A stretch of DNA of 64,000 nt. Origin: Candidatus Marinacidobacterales bacterium (GTDB lineage: Bacteria; Acidobacteriota; Vicinamibacteria; Marinacidobacterales; DATDRI01). Below are positions 1-9,309 of the stretch, one piece after another. The notes below the pieces were generated by a model. The model did no database searches and was not told where the DNA came from. It saw nothing but the letters and a program-made list of their open reading frames with translations. Location: positions 160,001-224,000 of the forward strand of contig OZ245365.1 in assembly GCA_965226495.1 (NCBI GenBank), in the 5' to 3' direction. How positions within the stretch are numbered: the stretch's first letter is position 1; each line of letters begins with the position of its first letter. The position numbers and the translations under genes are program-made.

Positions 1-1
1 G

Positions 2-421
2 TTGGACGATGTTCCTCTTCTCGTTGACCATTTCATACGAGAGTTTGGCGAGCTGAACGGCAAGCCGCTTTCCGGAGCGGAGTCGCGAGCCATCCGCGCG
101 CTTGCCACCTACCATTGGCCGGGGAATGTGCGAGAGTTGCGTAACGTGATCGAAAGAGCCGTCATCGTCGCATCGGATCAGCAGATCGGTTTGGAGGAGC
201 TTCCTCCGTTCGTAACGCGTGGTCCGAGGACCGAGCCGGCTGCATCCGATCCGCCGGATGAATTGGCTCTCCGCGTAGGAACGACGGTGGAACAGGCGGA
301 GCGCAACTTGATCTTGAAAACGCTCGAGGCTACCGGCCACAACAAGACCCGGGCAGCAGAGATCCTGGGCATCAGCTTGAAAACGCTTCACAACAAGCTC
401 AAGAAGTATCGCCAGTCTTGA
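2..421 (+). CDS. Sigma54-dependent (NtrC/Fis family) transcriptional activator, C-terminal part (truncated by window edge)
   Basis: WPGNVRELRNVIERA AAA+ motif and C-terminal Fis HTH (NKTRAAEILGISLKTLHNKLK). Confidence 0.92.
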   Translation: MDDVPLLVDHFIREFGELNGKPLSGAESRAIRALATYHWPGNVRELRNVIERAVIVASDQQIGLEELPPFVTRGPRTEPAASDPPDELALRVGTTVEQAERNLILKTLEATGHNKTRAAEILGISLKTLHNKLKKYRQS

Positions 422-437
422 CACTCGGAGGGAAGTC

Positions 438-2237
438 TTGGGTTTCCGAGGTAAGCAGATTGCGACTCTGACGCTGGTTGCCGGAGCGGTCGCTTTGGCT
501 ACCAGCTTGATGAACGCAGCCTCACTGACCAGGCTGGGAGTGGCCGAAATCCAGAGTCGCGCCGAGCTTCTTGCCCAAACTCTCTATCATCAGGCCTCGC
601 GTGTCATACGGGAGCAAGGAGAAGAAGACATCCGCAGCGCATTGCGCTCCGACGCCGCTTTGAGAAACGACGCTGAGGCGATCGTAGGGTACTCGGCTAC
701 GACGCTCTACGTTGCCATAGCCGACGAGCTCGGAGTAGCGATCCTCCATAGCGATCCTCGCCAAGAGGGAACGTTCCTGATTAGCGCCGATTCTTTGTCC
801 GAGTTCTCGGCGCGCAGTCCTTTTTCTCAACTCTGGGCGCTTAGTCGAGGGCACCATGTTTTGGGGGTCGAGCTTCCCTTCTTGGTAGACGGAAAACCCT
901 TCGGCTCGATCCGAGTTGCAGCCAGTACTTTGTTTCTCAAAGAGGAGCTCTTCGGTGCTATTGCGGCGAACGCTGCGATGGCGGCGGGGGTGGTCCTTGC
1001 TTCGTTCCTGGCATCTTTCTATCTGGCGAATCGCCTATTGGCTCCGATCGAGATGCTGCGGCGAGAGCTTGCGCGTATCGACACCGGTGGCGGTGGGCCG
1101 CCCCTCGACCTTCGTAACGAGGAAGACGTCAGCCGCGTGGCGGAGTTCTTTGCTTCCATGAGCCGGCGCTTGGCGGACGATCGACTCCTTAGAGAATCTG
1201 GGGAAGCTTGGATGGAAACGATGCTGGGTGGTTTAGCCGACGCGGTGATTGTAGTCAGTCGCGAGAGGAAAGTCCTATCCCTCAACCGACCCGCCGGTGA
1301 GCTGTTGGGGCGTTCTCATGCCGAGCTCCAAGGTGAACCACTTTCCGAGATTCTTCCGAAGGAGCATCCACTGCAAACGATCGTAGATGATGCCTTCTCC
1401 CGGAACGAAGCGGTCGGCCCCCGTAGCGTTCCGTTAGAGGTTGGTGGTGTCGCAGTACCGCACACATTGACTGCGCAACCGTTAGGCGAGGCCGACGTTT
1501 TCGGCGTGATGGTGAGCGCACGAGACATGGAAAAGCTCTCGCGGTTGGGGTCCCATCTGTCGTACTCTCAAAAGCTGGCGGCATTGGGGCGGCTCACTTC
1601 CGGTGTTGCCCACGAGATCAAGAACCCTCTCAACGCGATGGTGATTCACGTGGCGTTACTTCGCCAGAAGCTCGAGAAGGCGGGGCCCGAGGCTAAAGGC
1701 TATCTCGATGTTTTGGAGGAAGAGATCCGGCGGCTGGACGGCGTCATTCAGGGCTTCTTAAAATTCACTCGACCGGAAGAACTTCAGATTGAGGCGGTTA
1801 CGGTAGAAGAAATTGTCGGCGAGGCAACCCGCTTGTTGGTTGGAGAGGCAGAAAAGAAAGGGATCCGTTTGGAAACGAAAATCGCCGCTAGTCTTCCCGC
1901 GGTTTACGGAGACCGCGAGCTCCTCCAGCAAGCCTTCTTGAACTTGATGCTCAACGCGTGCGAAGCGATGCCCGACGGCGGTGAACTTCGCGTCACCGCG
2001 AGCCGTCCCGCGGAGGGTCGAGTCGAATTAGACGTCGAGGACTCCGGCGTCGGCATCGAGCCCGACGAGCTTCCAAAGATCTTCGACCTCTATTACACGA
2101 CGAAGGGCAGGGGCAGTGGTATTGGTCTGTCCATGGTTTATCGGATCGTGCAGCTTCATGACGGCGATGTGAAAGTGAGCTCTACGCCTGGACAGGGGAC
2201 ACATTTTACAGTTACCCTGCCCGAGGTAGTTGGCTGA
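438..2237 (+). CDS. Membrane sensor histidine kinase with PAS domain
   Basis: Two TM segments, PAS-like region, H-box AHEIKNPL, N-box NLMLNACEAM, G boxes DSGVGI and GSGIGL. Confidence 0.92.
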   Translation: MGFRGKQIATLTLVAGAVALATSLMNAASLTRLGVAEIQSRAELLAQTLYHQASRVIREQGEEDIRSALRSDAALRNDAEAIVGYSATTLYVAIADELGVAILHSDPRQEGTFLISADSLSEFSARSPFSQLWALSRGHHVLGVELPFLVDGKPFGSIRVAASTLFLKEELFGAIAANAAMAAGVVLASFLASFYLANRLLAPIEMLRRELARIDTGGGGPPLDLRNEEDVSRVAEFFASMSRRLADDRLLRESGEAWMETMLGGLADAVIVVSRERKVLSLNRPAGELLGRSHAELQGEPLSEILPKEHPLQTIVDDAFSRNEAVGPRSVPLEVGGVAVPHTLTAQPLGEADVFGVMVSARDMEKLSRLGSHLSYSQKLAALGRLTSGVAHEIKNPLNAMVIHVALLRQKLEKAGPEAKGYLDVLEEEIRRLDGVIQGFLKFTRPEELQIEAVTVEEIVGEATRLLVGEAEKKGIRLETKIAASLPAVYGDRELLQQAFLNLMLNACEAMPDGGELRVTASRPAEGRVELDVEDSGVGIEPDELPKIFDLYYTTKGRGSGIGLSMVYRIVQLHDGDVKVSSTPGQGTHFTVTLPEVVG

Positions 2238-2800
2238 TGACGACGGGGAGGGGTTCCGTATGTAGGTGTGTCGTTTGGGGTTTTACCCTTTTCGCCGGAC
2301 TCGGGCTCGCGACCGGATGTAGCAAGAGAGTGAAGGCGGAGTTCGAGCGCCCCCCTGCCTCGGCTTCGGTTCCTGAGACCACACCCGACGTTGCCGAGGA
2401 GGAGCCAAAGGTCCAAACCGCTGCGGTCGAAGAAGACGCCGTCGCAGCGGAAGCGACACCCCCGGTCGAAGACCCTCCTCCGCCACGCCGAGCTCGACCG
2501 CGTCCCGCCCCTCCACCCGACCCCGTTCCCCCGCCTCCACCTAACCCACAGCTGCCGGCCGATCAGCCAGACTCTCAAGAGCAAGCCACGATTTCCGGCA
2601 AGCTCGATCGCACCGTGGATCTCTTTTCGATTCTTCGCAACCGCCCGCTCACCGTTCAACAGCGGGAGCAAGTCGAAGCGGCGCAAGCCTTCGTGGCGCA
2701 GGCTCGGGCGGCGCTCGAAGAAGGAGACGTGGTGAGAGCGAACGTGCTCGGCGACAAGGGATTCATACTGGCCGAAGACGTCGAACGAGCCAGCCGCTAG
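2237..2800 (+). CDS. Proline-rich lipoprotein, hypothetical
   Basis: Lipobox LATGC, Pro-rich linker, start overlaps kinase stop (TGATG). Confidence 0.7.
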   Translation: MTTGRGSVCRCVVWGFTLFAGLGLATGCSKRVKAEFERPPASASVPETTPDVAEEEPKVQTAAVEEDAVAAEATPPVEDPPPPRRARPRPAPPPDPVPPPPPNPQLPADQPDSQEQATISGKLDRTVDLFSILRNRPLTVQQREQVEAAQAFVAQARAALEEGDVVRANVLGDKGFILAEDVERASR

Positions 2801-2844
2801 GCCCGGTCCCAGCATTAATCTCGTTCGGTTCAAGGCGAAAACCT

Positions 2845-2931
2845 TAGACAGGATTACAGGATTAACGGGATCACTGCGGAAGGAGAAGGGCTTCTCGCAA
2901 ACCTATCCTGTCCATCCTGTTATCCTGTCTA
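2845..2931. repeat. MITE-like inverted repeat built from ACAGGATT units
   Basis: TAGACAGGATTACAGGATTAACGGGAT ... ATCCTGTCCATCCTGTTATCCTGTCTA. Confidence 0.7.
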
Positions 2932-3037
2932 GTTTTTTCTTTCTTAAACTGCGTAGTTTTTACATTCCAAAATCTCCACCTTCGTCACCGCGCTCCGGTA
3001 ACCGGCGGTTTTCAGGTCAATAACGTCACCGAATCTC

Positions 3038-3053
3038 TGGCATGGACCTTGCT
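3038..3053 (+). promoter_or_regulatory. Sigma54 (-24/-12) promoter
   Basis: TGGCAT-GGACC-TTGCT matches TGGCAC-N5-TTGCW, about 50 nt before a receiver gene. Confidence 0.7.
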
Positions 3054-3104
3054 CTTCTCTTCGAGCAAAGCTAGAGCAACCAAGAGATCCGGGAACGATT
3101 GAGG

Positions 3105-3491
3105 ATGAAACGCATTCTGATCGTAGAGGACAATCGTCACATTCGAGAGGGGTTGTTGACTCTCATCGAAACCGCTGGCTACCGATGTGCGGGCGCCGTC
3201 GACTTCGAGGCTGCTGCAGAGTTGCTTAGGAAGGAGCCTTTCGACCTTCTGATCACCGACCTCGATCTTCCAGGAGGGACGGGTTTGGACCTGGTACGGC
3301 AGGCGAAAGCACTCTGTCCATCCATTCTAGTCACGGCGTATGGATGTAGCGAGGTTCGAAGACAAGCACAGGAGCTAGATGTCGCCGGTTATTTCGAAAA
3401 ACCCTACGATCCGGCAGCGCTCATGACTCTGGTTCGATCTTCGATTGGCAACAATGAAACGCTCAGCGCTCGTTCGACTCGATCCGGTTGA
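3105..3491 (+). CDS. Single-domain response regulator (receiver)
   Basis: ILIVEDN, LLITDLDLPGGTGLD, VTAYG, EKPYD. Confidence 0.88.
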   Translation: MKRILIVEDNRHIREGLLTLIETAGYRCAGAVDFEAAAELLRKEPFDLLITDLDLPGGTGLDLVRQAKALCPSILVTAYGCSEVRRQAQELDVAGYFEKPYDPAALMTLVRSSIGNNETLSARSTRSG

Positions 3492-4254
3492 TCACATCCC
3501 GGTTCCCGGCGACACGCTGTGCCAAGAGCTCCGCCAGCGCTCGCTCCGCACTGGTCTCTACTCCACCCTGCAAGATGATGCTTCCGTTCGCAGCGCTGGC
3601 ACGAAGATCATACTCTTCTAAGTTTTCGCTATCGACGAACGCCTCGGTGATCTGCTCGGCCAATTCTTCGATACTACCGTCGAGCCGGAGCTCGTTTTCA
3701 ATTCTATCGACCCCGGTGACCGCCGAAGCGCGACGAGAAGCGATCTCCGATTGCTTTGGTGTTTCGACGGTTCCCTCTAAGTAAACGATGCCTTCACGCG
3801 CTCTCACCGTGATGTCCAAGCCCTTTAGTTCCTTGTGTAGCATGATCGAAGCCTTGACTTTGGCGGCCAATGAGACATCATCCAGCCGCTGACCCAAGCT
3901 GCGCCGGTTGCCGACCGCCGCATCGGCAAGGTTGGGGGTAAGCTCCGGATTGACAGCCATGAGATTCTCGATCCGTTCGATCCCCACCACGCTCGCGGCG
4001 ACGTCCTCCGCTTCTTCCTTTTCGGCATCGCTCGCTACTTGACCGCTCAATGTAACGACTCCCTTTCGGGCGCGAACCGAGATGGGGCGATCGCCCAAGT
4101 CGCGATGGAGGGCGATGGCAGCCTTCACCGACGCCAAGTTCGCTGCATCACCGAGGCTTCCGCCGACGATAGGCAGTTCCTGGTTCTCGTAGTAGCTGTA
4201 GGCTCCCCACAAGACGAGAAAGAGAAAGACCAGGTACAAAAGACCTCTAAACAC
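3463..4254 (-). CDS. BON-domain (OsmY-like) membrane-anchored protein, three BON repeats
   Basis: Repeated GVVTLSGQV / GIVYLEGTV / GSIILQGGV motifs, N-terminal TM; GTG start chosen after GGAGG. Confidence 0.85.
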   Translation of the reverse strand: MFRGLLYLVFLFLVLWGAYSYYENQELPIVGGSLGDAANLASVKAAIALHRDLGDRPISVRARKGVVTLSGQVASDAEKEEAEDVAASVVGIERIENLMAVNPELTPNLADAAVGNRRSLGQRLDDVSLAAKVKASIMLHKELKGLDITVRAREGIVYLEGTVETPKQSEIASRRASAVTGVDRIENELRLDGSIEELAEQITEAFVDSENLEEYDLRASAANGSIILQGGVETSAERALAELLAQRVAGNRDVINRIESNER

Positions 4255-4386
4255 GTTTACCTCCGATTCGACCTTCACGTGAGTATCAAGCCCGTCGGTG
4301 GCATGCAAGCGCGACCTGGAAGGTTTTGCGCCAGGTCGGCCGGGGGCAGGAGATCCCGTGTGTTATAATCCGCGGCGCTTTATCTC

Positions 4387-6555
4387 TTGGAGATCATCCA
4401 GAAAAGGAAGCCTCGGTTGTCTCTCTCCACTCTAGCTCTGTTAACGCTACTACAGGCTACCCCGACAAACACCGGGTCCTACCACTACGCGAAGGGCATG
4501 GAGTTATGGAGAGCCGACAACCCTGCCGAGGGCCTTAGGCATTTGATGAGCGCTTCTTTGGACCCGGAGCTGTCGTTCTACGCGGCGCGGCAAGCTTCTC
4601 TCATGGGAGAGTTCGCCCTCCAAGTGCTCTTTGCGGGCTTGTGGCACGAGCAGCCAGAGATCCAAAGGCAGAGCGCTATTATCCTCGGTTGGGTTGGAGA
4701 TCGTCAGGCGGTGGAGCCTCTGCTCTACCGAATGGGTTTTCCCGATGCCCCGCTGGAAGTGGAGTATGCGCTTCGAAAGATCGGTGGGGTGACGACGTCC
4801 GAGCTCTTGGGATTTCTGGAACGGGCAACGCTCACCAACTCAGCTTTGCTCGACCACCAGGTCGCCAGTTTCGTGAGGCTCAGCCGGGCGTTCGCCGCTC
4901 CGGTGGATCCGGTGCCGGTCATGGCGCTCGTCGAGAAGATAGAGGGGACCGATGCCGAAGAGCTCGAAGAACAGCCACGCGGGCACCTAGCGAACGCTCG
5001 ACTCACGCTGTTGCTCTTCCTCGCGGAGCGGGGAGTCAAGAAGGCGGCCGGACCCCTCGCGCGGTCTGTCAACACCGGTGCCGAAGACGCCAACTTGATC
5101 CTTGCCGAGGCGTTGATTGAGCTGGGCCCCGTTTCCCTTCCGGCCTTGGAGGAGGCCTTCCACGATCCGCCCGAAGAATCGTTGCGGACGTTGCTCGCGG
5201 TGACACATTACTTCGCGTCGGGCGCCTCTGACGCATCGATGTCCGGGATGGTTTCCTTCGTTCTGAACGAGCTCGCATTGGCTCCCGAATTGTCTGTCGA
5301 GACAGCGGCGCTCGTGGCGCGTTTGTCACGGGCACCAAATCCTTTACTCTCGTGGTTCGAATATCACCCCGATCCGGAAGTTCGAAAGGCTCTGGCGCCG
5401 ATAGATCTGAATGCCGAGAAGATTCACTCCCGACCCGAGCTCCGGTCCTTCTTTCTCGAAAAGACTCGAGATTCCGATCCCGAGGTCGCCACCGAGCACC
5501 TGCGGGTTCTGTCGGCTTACCTCCCCGACCCGGAGGTTGAGTCTCGCCTCGAAGCGATACTCGCTTCGACGGTCGGCCCTCTCCAGCTGCGCGCACAAGC
5601 CCTCGAGGTCGTGACGCGTCAAGGTCCCACTCGGCTGTTGGTGAGGGTGCTGCAAACCTTGGACGACCCGATGCGTCTTCGCGCCGTCGAGCTTGCCAGC
5701 GAGCGACCCGAACCGGCGGTTGTTCAAACGATGCTCTCCATTGTTGAGGAACCCGAGCCGAGCGCCACCAAACGGGCAGCCATGGCGGTGGTGGCCGAGG
5801 AATGGAAACATCCGGAAGCAAGCGGACCTTTATTAGATCTACTCCGCTCCGGAGATACTCTGTGGCTCGAGGCGTCCCGGGGACTCGCGGCGCTCGGAGT
5901 AGGGGAGGCGGTCGATCCGTTTCTGACGATGCTGGAGGGCGGTGCGCCGATCGAACCTCCCGAAGCGACCGCGCTCTACTTCGCCTTTACCGGCAATGCC
6001 GTGAGCTTTCCCCAAAGCGATTCAGCGGCCGTTTTCCATCGCGTGCCCATTGAGTGGCAGCCACCCCCGAGCAAGGTGCTGGTGGTCCTTACGGAAAAGA
6101 GTGACTATCAAGGTTGGGTCAAAGTGGAGGAGCGCTGGGAAAGCGAACGGCTCTTCCGACTCGATGAAGGAGCCGGCGAGCTCGTGCTCTACGACCGCAG
6201 CCTCTTCGACCTAGTCGAACAAGGTAAGGGAATCTTGCTCTTGGAGGAGACCGTCCGTCAGACCGTCCTCAATTCGTTGGAGTTGACCGAGACGAGAACG
6301 CAAAGGGCGCGAGCGCTAGCTGCACTTCCGGAGTTCCCCTTCGTCGGGCTCGAGGATGGCGAGCTCCGCTTGCTTCATCGAGGCAAGTGGGTCAGCGTTG
6401 GCTTGGGTAACGATCTGCGGGACTCATCACGTGATCCGAAATGGGGGCGGTCGGCCTTGGTGCCTCTCCGTTTGTTCGATCGAGACCGCATCCGCTGGTC
6501 CGAGGACCCCCCTCCTTCGGGCTGGCTCCTGAACGATCCGCAACCCGTTGACTAA
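4387..6555 (+). CDS. HEAT-repeat protein, probably exported
   Basis: Long ORF with HEAT-like helices (QRQSAIILGWVGDRQAVEPLL; ASRGLAALGVGEAVDPFL). Confidence 0.65.
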   Translation: MEIIQKRKPRLSLSTLALLTLLQATPTNTGSYHYAKGMELWRADNPAEGLRHLMSASLDPELSFYAARQASLMGEFALQVLFAGLWHEQPEIQRQSAIILGWVGDRQAVEPLLYRMGFPDAPLEVEYALRKIGGVTTSELLGFLERATLTNSALLDHQVASFVRLSRAFAAPVDPVPVMALVEKIEGTDAEELEEQPRGHLANARLTLLLFLAERGVKKAAGPLARSVNTGAEDANLILAEALIELGPVSLPALEEAFHDPPEESLRTLLAVTHYFASGASDASMSGMVSFVLNELALAPELSVETAALVARLSRAPNPLLSWFEYHPDPEVRKALAPIDLNAEKIHSRPELRSFFLEKTRDSDPEVATEHLRVLSAYLPDPEVESRLEAILASTVGPLQLRAQALEVVTRQGPTRLLVRVLQTLDDPMRLRAVELASERPEPAVVQTMLSIVEEPEPSATKRAAMAVVAEEWKHPEASGPLLDLLRSGDTLWLEASRGLAALGVGEAVDPFLTMLEGGAPIEPPEATALYFAFTGNAVSFPQSDSAAVFHRVPIEWQPPPSKVLVVLTEKSDYQGWVKVEERWESERLFRLDEGAGELVLYDRSLFDLVEQGKGILLLEETVRQTVLNSLELTETRTQRARALAALPEFPFVGLEDGELRLLHRGKWVSVGLGNDLRDSSRDPKWGRSALVPLRLFDRDRIRWSEDPPPSGWLLNDPQPVD

Positions 6556-6577
6556 ATAAGGATAAAGGAGGACGGGC

Positions 6578-7654
6578 ATGAATTCTCTAAACCGGAGAGG
6601 TTTCTTGCGTGCAGCTGGAGCGCTTGGTGTAGGCAGTCTTTTTTCTCGGTCGCTCGGAGCGGAGGGGTTTACCCAGGGGGCCCCGGGGGTGGGTCCGCCT
6701 CGCGCCGTCGTCATCTCGAGTCCGAACGGCCTGCCGGCCACCGAGCGAGCAATGGCCCTGATCCAGGACGGCTCGGATCCACTGGACGCCGTCGTAGCCG
6801 GGGTGAACATCGTCGAAGAAGATCCTGACGATCACTCGGTCGGCTATGGCGGTCTTCCGAACGAAGATGGCGTTGTCGAGCTCGACTCTTGTTTGATGCA
6901 CGGCCCAACGAATCGTGGCGGGGCGGTTGCTTCACTTCGCGGAATCAAAACGCCGTCGAAAGTGGCCAAGCTCGTCATGGAGCGAACCGACCACGTGCTC
7001 TTGGTTGGAGAAGGTGCGCTCCGCTTCGCGAAGGCACATGGGTTCGAGGAAGTAGATCTCTTGACGGATGACGCCCGAAGGATCTGGCTCAAGTGGAAGG
7101 AGAACCTTTCCGACAAGGACGATTGGCTTCCTCCAAAGGAACTTGGAGGATCGACTGATTCGGCGGATGCGAGGCGGAGCCCGGGAAGGCTCACCGGCAC
7201 GATCAACTGCAACGCGGTCGACACCAACGGCAACATCGCTGGTGTCACTACCACCAGCGGCCTGGCATACAAAATTCCCGGCCGGGTGGGCGACTCTCCA
7301 ATAATTGGTGCGGGGCTCTATGTCGACAACGAAGTGGGTGCCTGTGGCTCCACCGACCGCGGGGAAGCCAATCTTCTCAACCTTTCGAGCTTCCTGATCG
7401 TCGAGAACATGAGGAATGGGATGAGTCCCGAAGAGGCTGGTCTCGCCGCGCTCAAACGGATCGCCGCGAAGACCGAACCTCGGCTCCGTGACGACAAGGG
7501 GAGGCCGGCTTACCAGCTGAGCTTCTACGTGCTCAACAAACGGGGCGAGTATGCCGGCGTCGCGATGTGGAGCGGCGAGCAACAATACGCGGTTCACGAC
7601 GGTGTGAAGAACCAGTCCAAAGAGTTCGCCTATCTCTACAAAAGGGAGGCCTAA
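6578..7654 (+). CDS. N(4)-(beta-N-acetylglucosaminyl)-L-asparaginase family Ntn hydrolase, Tat-exported
   Basis: Tat motif NRRGFL; SVGYGGLPN, GTINC, TTTSGL..KIPGRVGDSPIIGAG. Confidence 0.9.
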   Translation: MNSLNRRGFLRAAGALGVGSLFSRSLGAEGFTQGAPGVGPPRAVVISSPNGLPATERAMALIQDGSDPLDAVVAGVNIVEEDPDDHSVGYGGLPNEDGVVELDSCLMHGPTNRGGAVASLRGIKTPSKVAKLVMERTDHVLLVGEGALRFAKAHGFEEVDLLTDDARRIWLKWKENLSDKDDWLPPKELGGSTDSADARRSPGRLTGTINCNAVDTNGNIAGVTTTSGLAYKIPGRVGDSPIIGAGLYVDNEVGACGSTDRGEANLLNLSSFLIVENMRNGMSPEEAGLAALKRIAAKTEPRLRDDKGRPAYQLSFYVLNKRGEYAGVAMWSGEQQYAVHDGVKNQSKEFAYLYKREA

Positions 7655-7656
7655 CG

Positions 7657-7741
7657 CTCTCCTAGCCCGCCTCCGGCTGATTCTGTACCAAGGATTTCGG
7701 CGGGTCCGCCGAAGCTTCAGCGGAGGCGGAAGGGAGAGGGG
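7657..7741. repeat. Nested REP-like palindromes
   Basis: CCGCCTCCGGCTGA...TCAGCGGAGGCGG enclosing TTCGGCGG-GT-CCGCCGAA, flanked by CTCTCC/GGGAGAGGG. Confidence 0.6.
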
Positions 7742-7814
7742 TTAGAGGACTAAGAAACCATCGTTAGCACGCTCGTTTGGTGCCCCTCGGCCTATCCTCT
7801 ATAATCGGAGAAAT

Positions 7815-9299
7815 ATGGACAATACGAACGCACTAAAGACTCTAGGTGATCTGAAATCGAATGGTTATACAGAAGAAAGACTGACCGGCCGCAGCGTTCG
7901 CGACGAGGTGCGAGACAACGTCTCTCGTGCGCTGGCAGCGGGCGAGGAGCTTTTTCCGGGAATCGTCGGGTACCAAGAAACCGTTGTTCCCCAATTGGTC
8001 AACGCGCTTCTCTCGAAACACCACTTCATTATGCTCGGGCTGCGGGGTCAAGCCAAGAGCCGTATCCTGCGCAGCCTCACACGTTTTCTCGACCCAGAGC
8101 TGCCGGCGGTAGAAGGCTGTGAGATCCACGACAACCCCTACGCGCCCCTATGCCGGGCCTGCCGGCACAAGATCGACGAAATGGGAGATCAAACTCCCAT
8201 TAGCTGGCTCTCGCGAGAGGATCGCTACGTCGAGAAATTGGCGACCCCCGATGTCACGATTGCAGACATCATCGGCGATCTGGATCCGATCCGCGCTGCG
8301 CGCGGTGGGCTCGATCTTTCCGACGAGTTGACGATCCACTATGGTCTCTTGCCCCGTTCGCATCGAGGCGTCTTCGCCATCAATGAGCTCCCCGACCTGG
8401 CGGGAAAGATTCAAGTCGGCTTGTTCAACATTCTTCAAGAGGGAGATGTTCAGATCAAGGGTTATCCGATCCGCCTGCCGTTGGATGTCCTCATGGTGTT
8501 TACCGCCAACCCCGAGGACTACACGGCTCGGGGGAAAATCGTGACCCCGTTGAAGGACCGTCTGGGCTCGGAGGTTCGTACCCACTACCCGAACACGCTC
8601 GAACAGGCGGTATCCATCACTCGTGAGGAGGCCTGGACGAAACGGCATAAAGAGGACCGGGTATTCGTGCCCTATTATCTTCGCGAGGTCGTAGAGGAAG
8701 TCGCCATTCAGGCCAGGAAGGACAGGCGTGTCGACCAACGGTCAGGAGTAAGCCAGCGGTTGCCGATCACCTTGTTGGAAAATGTCGTCTCGAACGCGGA
8801 GCGGCGCGCGATTTTGCACAAAGAAAAGAAGATTGTTCCCCGTGTTTCGGATGTATACGCATCGCTGCACGCCATCACGGGCAAGCTCGAGCTTGACTAC
8901 GAAGGCGAGCTGAAGGGTGCGGAGGTAGTGGCACGAGACCTAGTCCGTAACGCGGTCGGCCAGACTTTTCGAAAGTACTTAGGCGGCGAGGACCTGAACC
9001 AGATCATCGAGTGGTTCGAGAAGGGGGGCTACTTGAAGCTCCCGGATACCACGCCCGCCAAGGAGGCCCTGGCGAGTCTGGAAAAAATTGAAGGACTAGC
9101 GGAGAAGGTTAATTTGCTCGGCGTCGCCAAGAAAGCCCCCCCCGCGGTAATGGTGGCGGCGGCGGAGTTCGTTCTCGAAGGACTCGCAGGCATGAAAAAG
9201 ATCAGCCGCAGCGAGGAACGGCGTTTCTCTCGGACCGAGAGGCAGCACCCGGAAATCGGCATGGAGCCTATCGATACTGCGAAGCGACATTTGAACTGA
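7815..9299 (+). CDS. Magnesium-chelatase ChlI-like AAA+ ATPase
   Basis: Walker A-like GLRGQAKS, FAINELPDL, TANPEDYT; paired with VWA gene. Confidence 0.85.
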   Translation: MDNTNALKTLGDLKSNGYTEERLTGRSVRDEVRDNVSRALAAGEELFPGIVGYQETVVPQLVNALLSKHHFIMLGLRGQAKSRILRSLTRFLDPELPAVEGCEIHDNPYAPLCRACRHKIDEMGDQTPISWLSREDRYVEKLATPDVTIADIIGDLDPIRAARGGLDLSDELTIHYGLLPRSHRGVFAINELPDLAGKIQVGLFNILQEGDVQIKGYPIRLPLDVLMVFTANPEDYTARGKIVTPLKDRLGSEVRTHYPNTLEQAVSITREEAWTKRHKEDRVFVPYYLREVVEEVAIQARKDRRVDQRSGVSQRLPITLLENVVSNAERRAILHKEKKIVPRVSDVYASLHAITGKLELDYEGELKGAEVVARDLVRNAVGQTFRKYLGGEDLNQIIEWFEKGGYLKLPDTTPAKEALASLEKIEGLAEKVNLLGVAKKAPPAVMVAAAEFVLEGLAGMKKISRSEERRFSRTERQHPEIGMEPIDTAKRHLN

Positions 9300-9309
9300 G
9301 GTAAGCACT

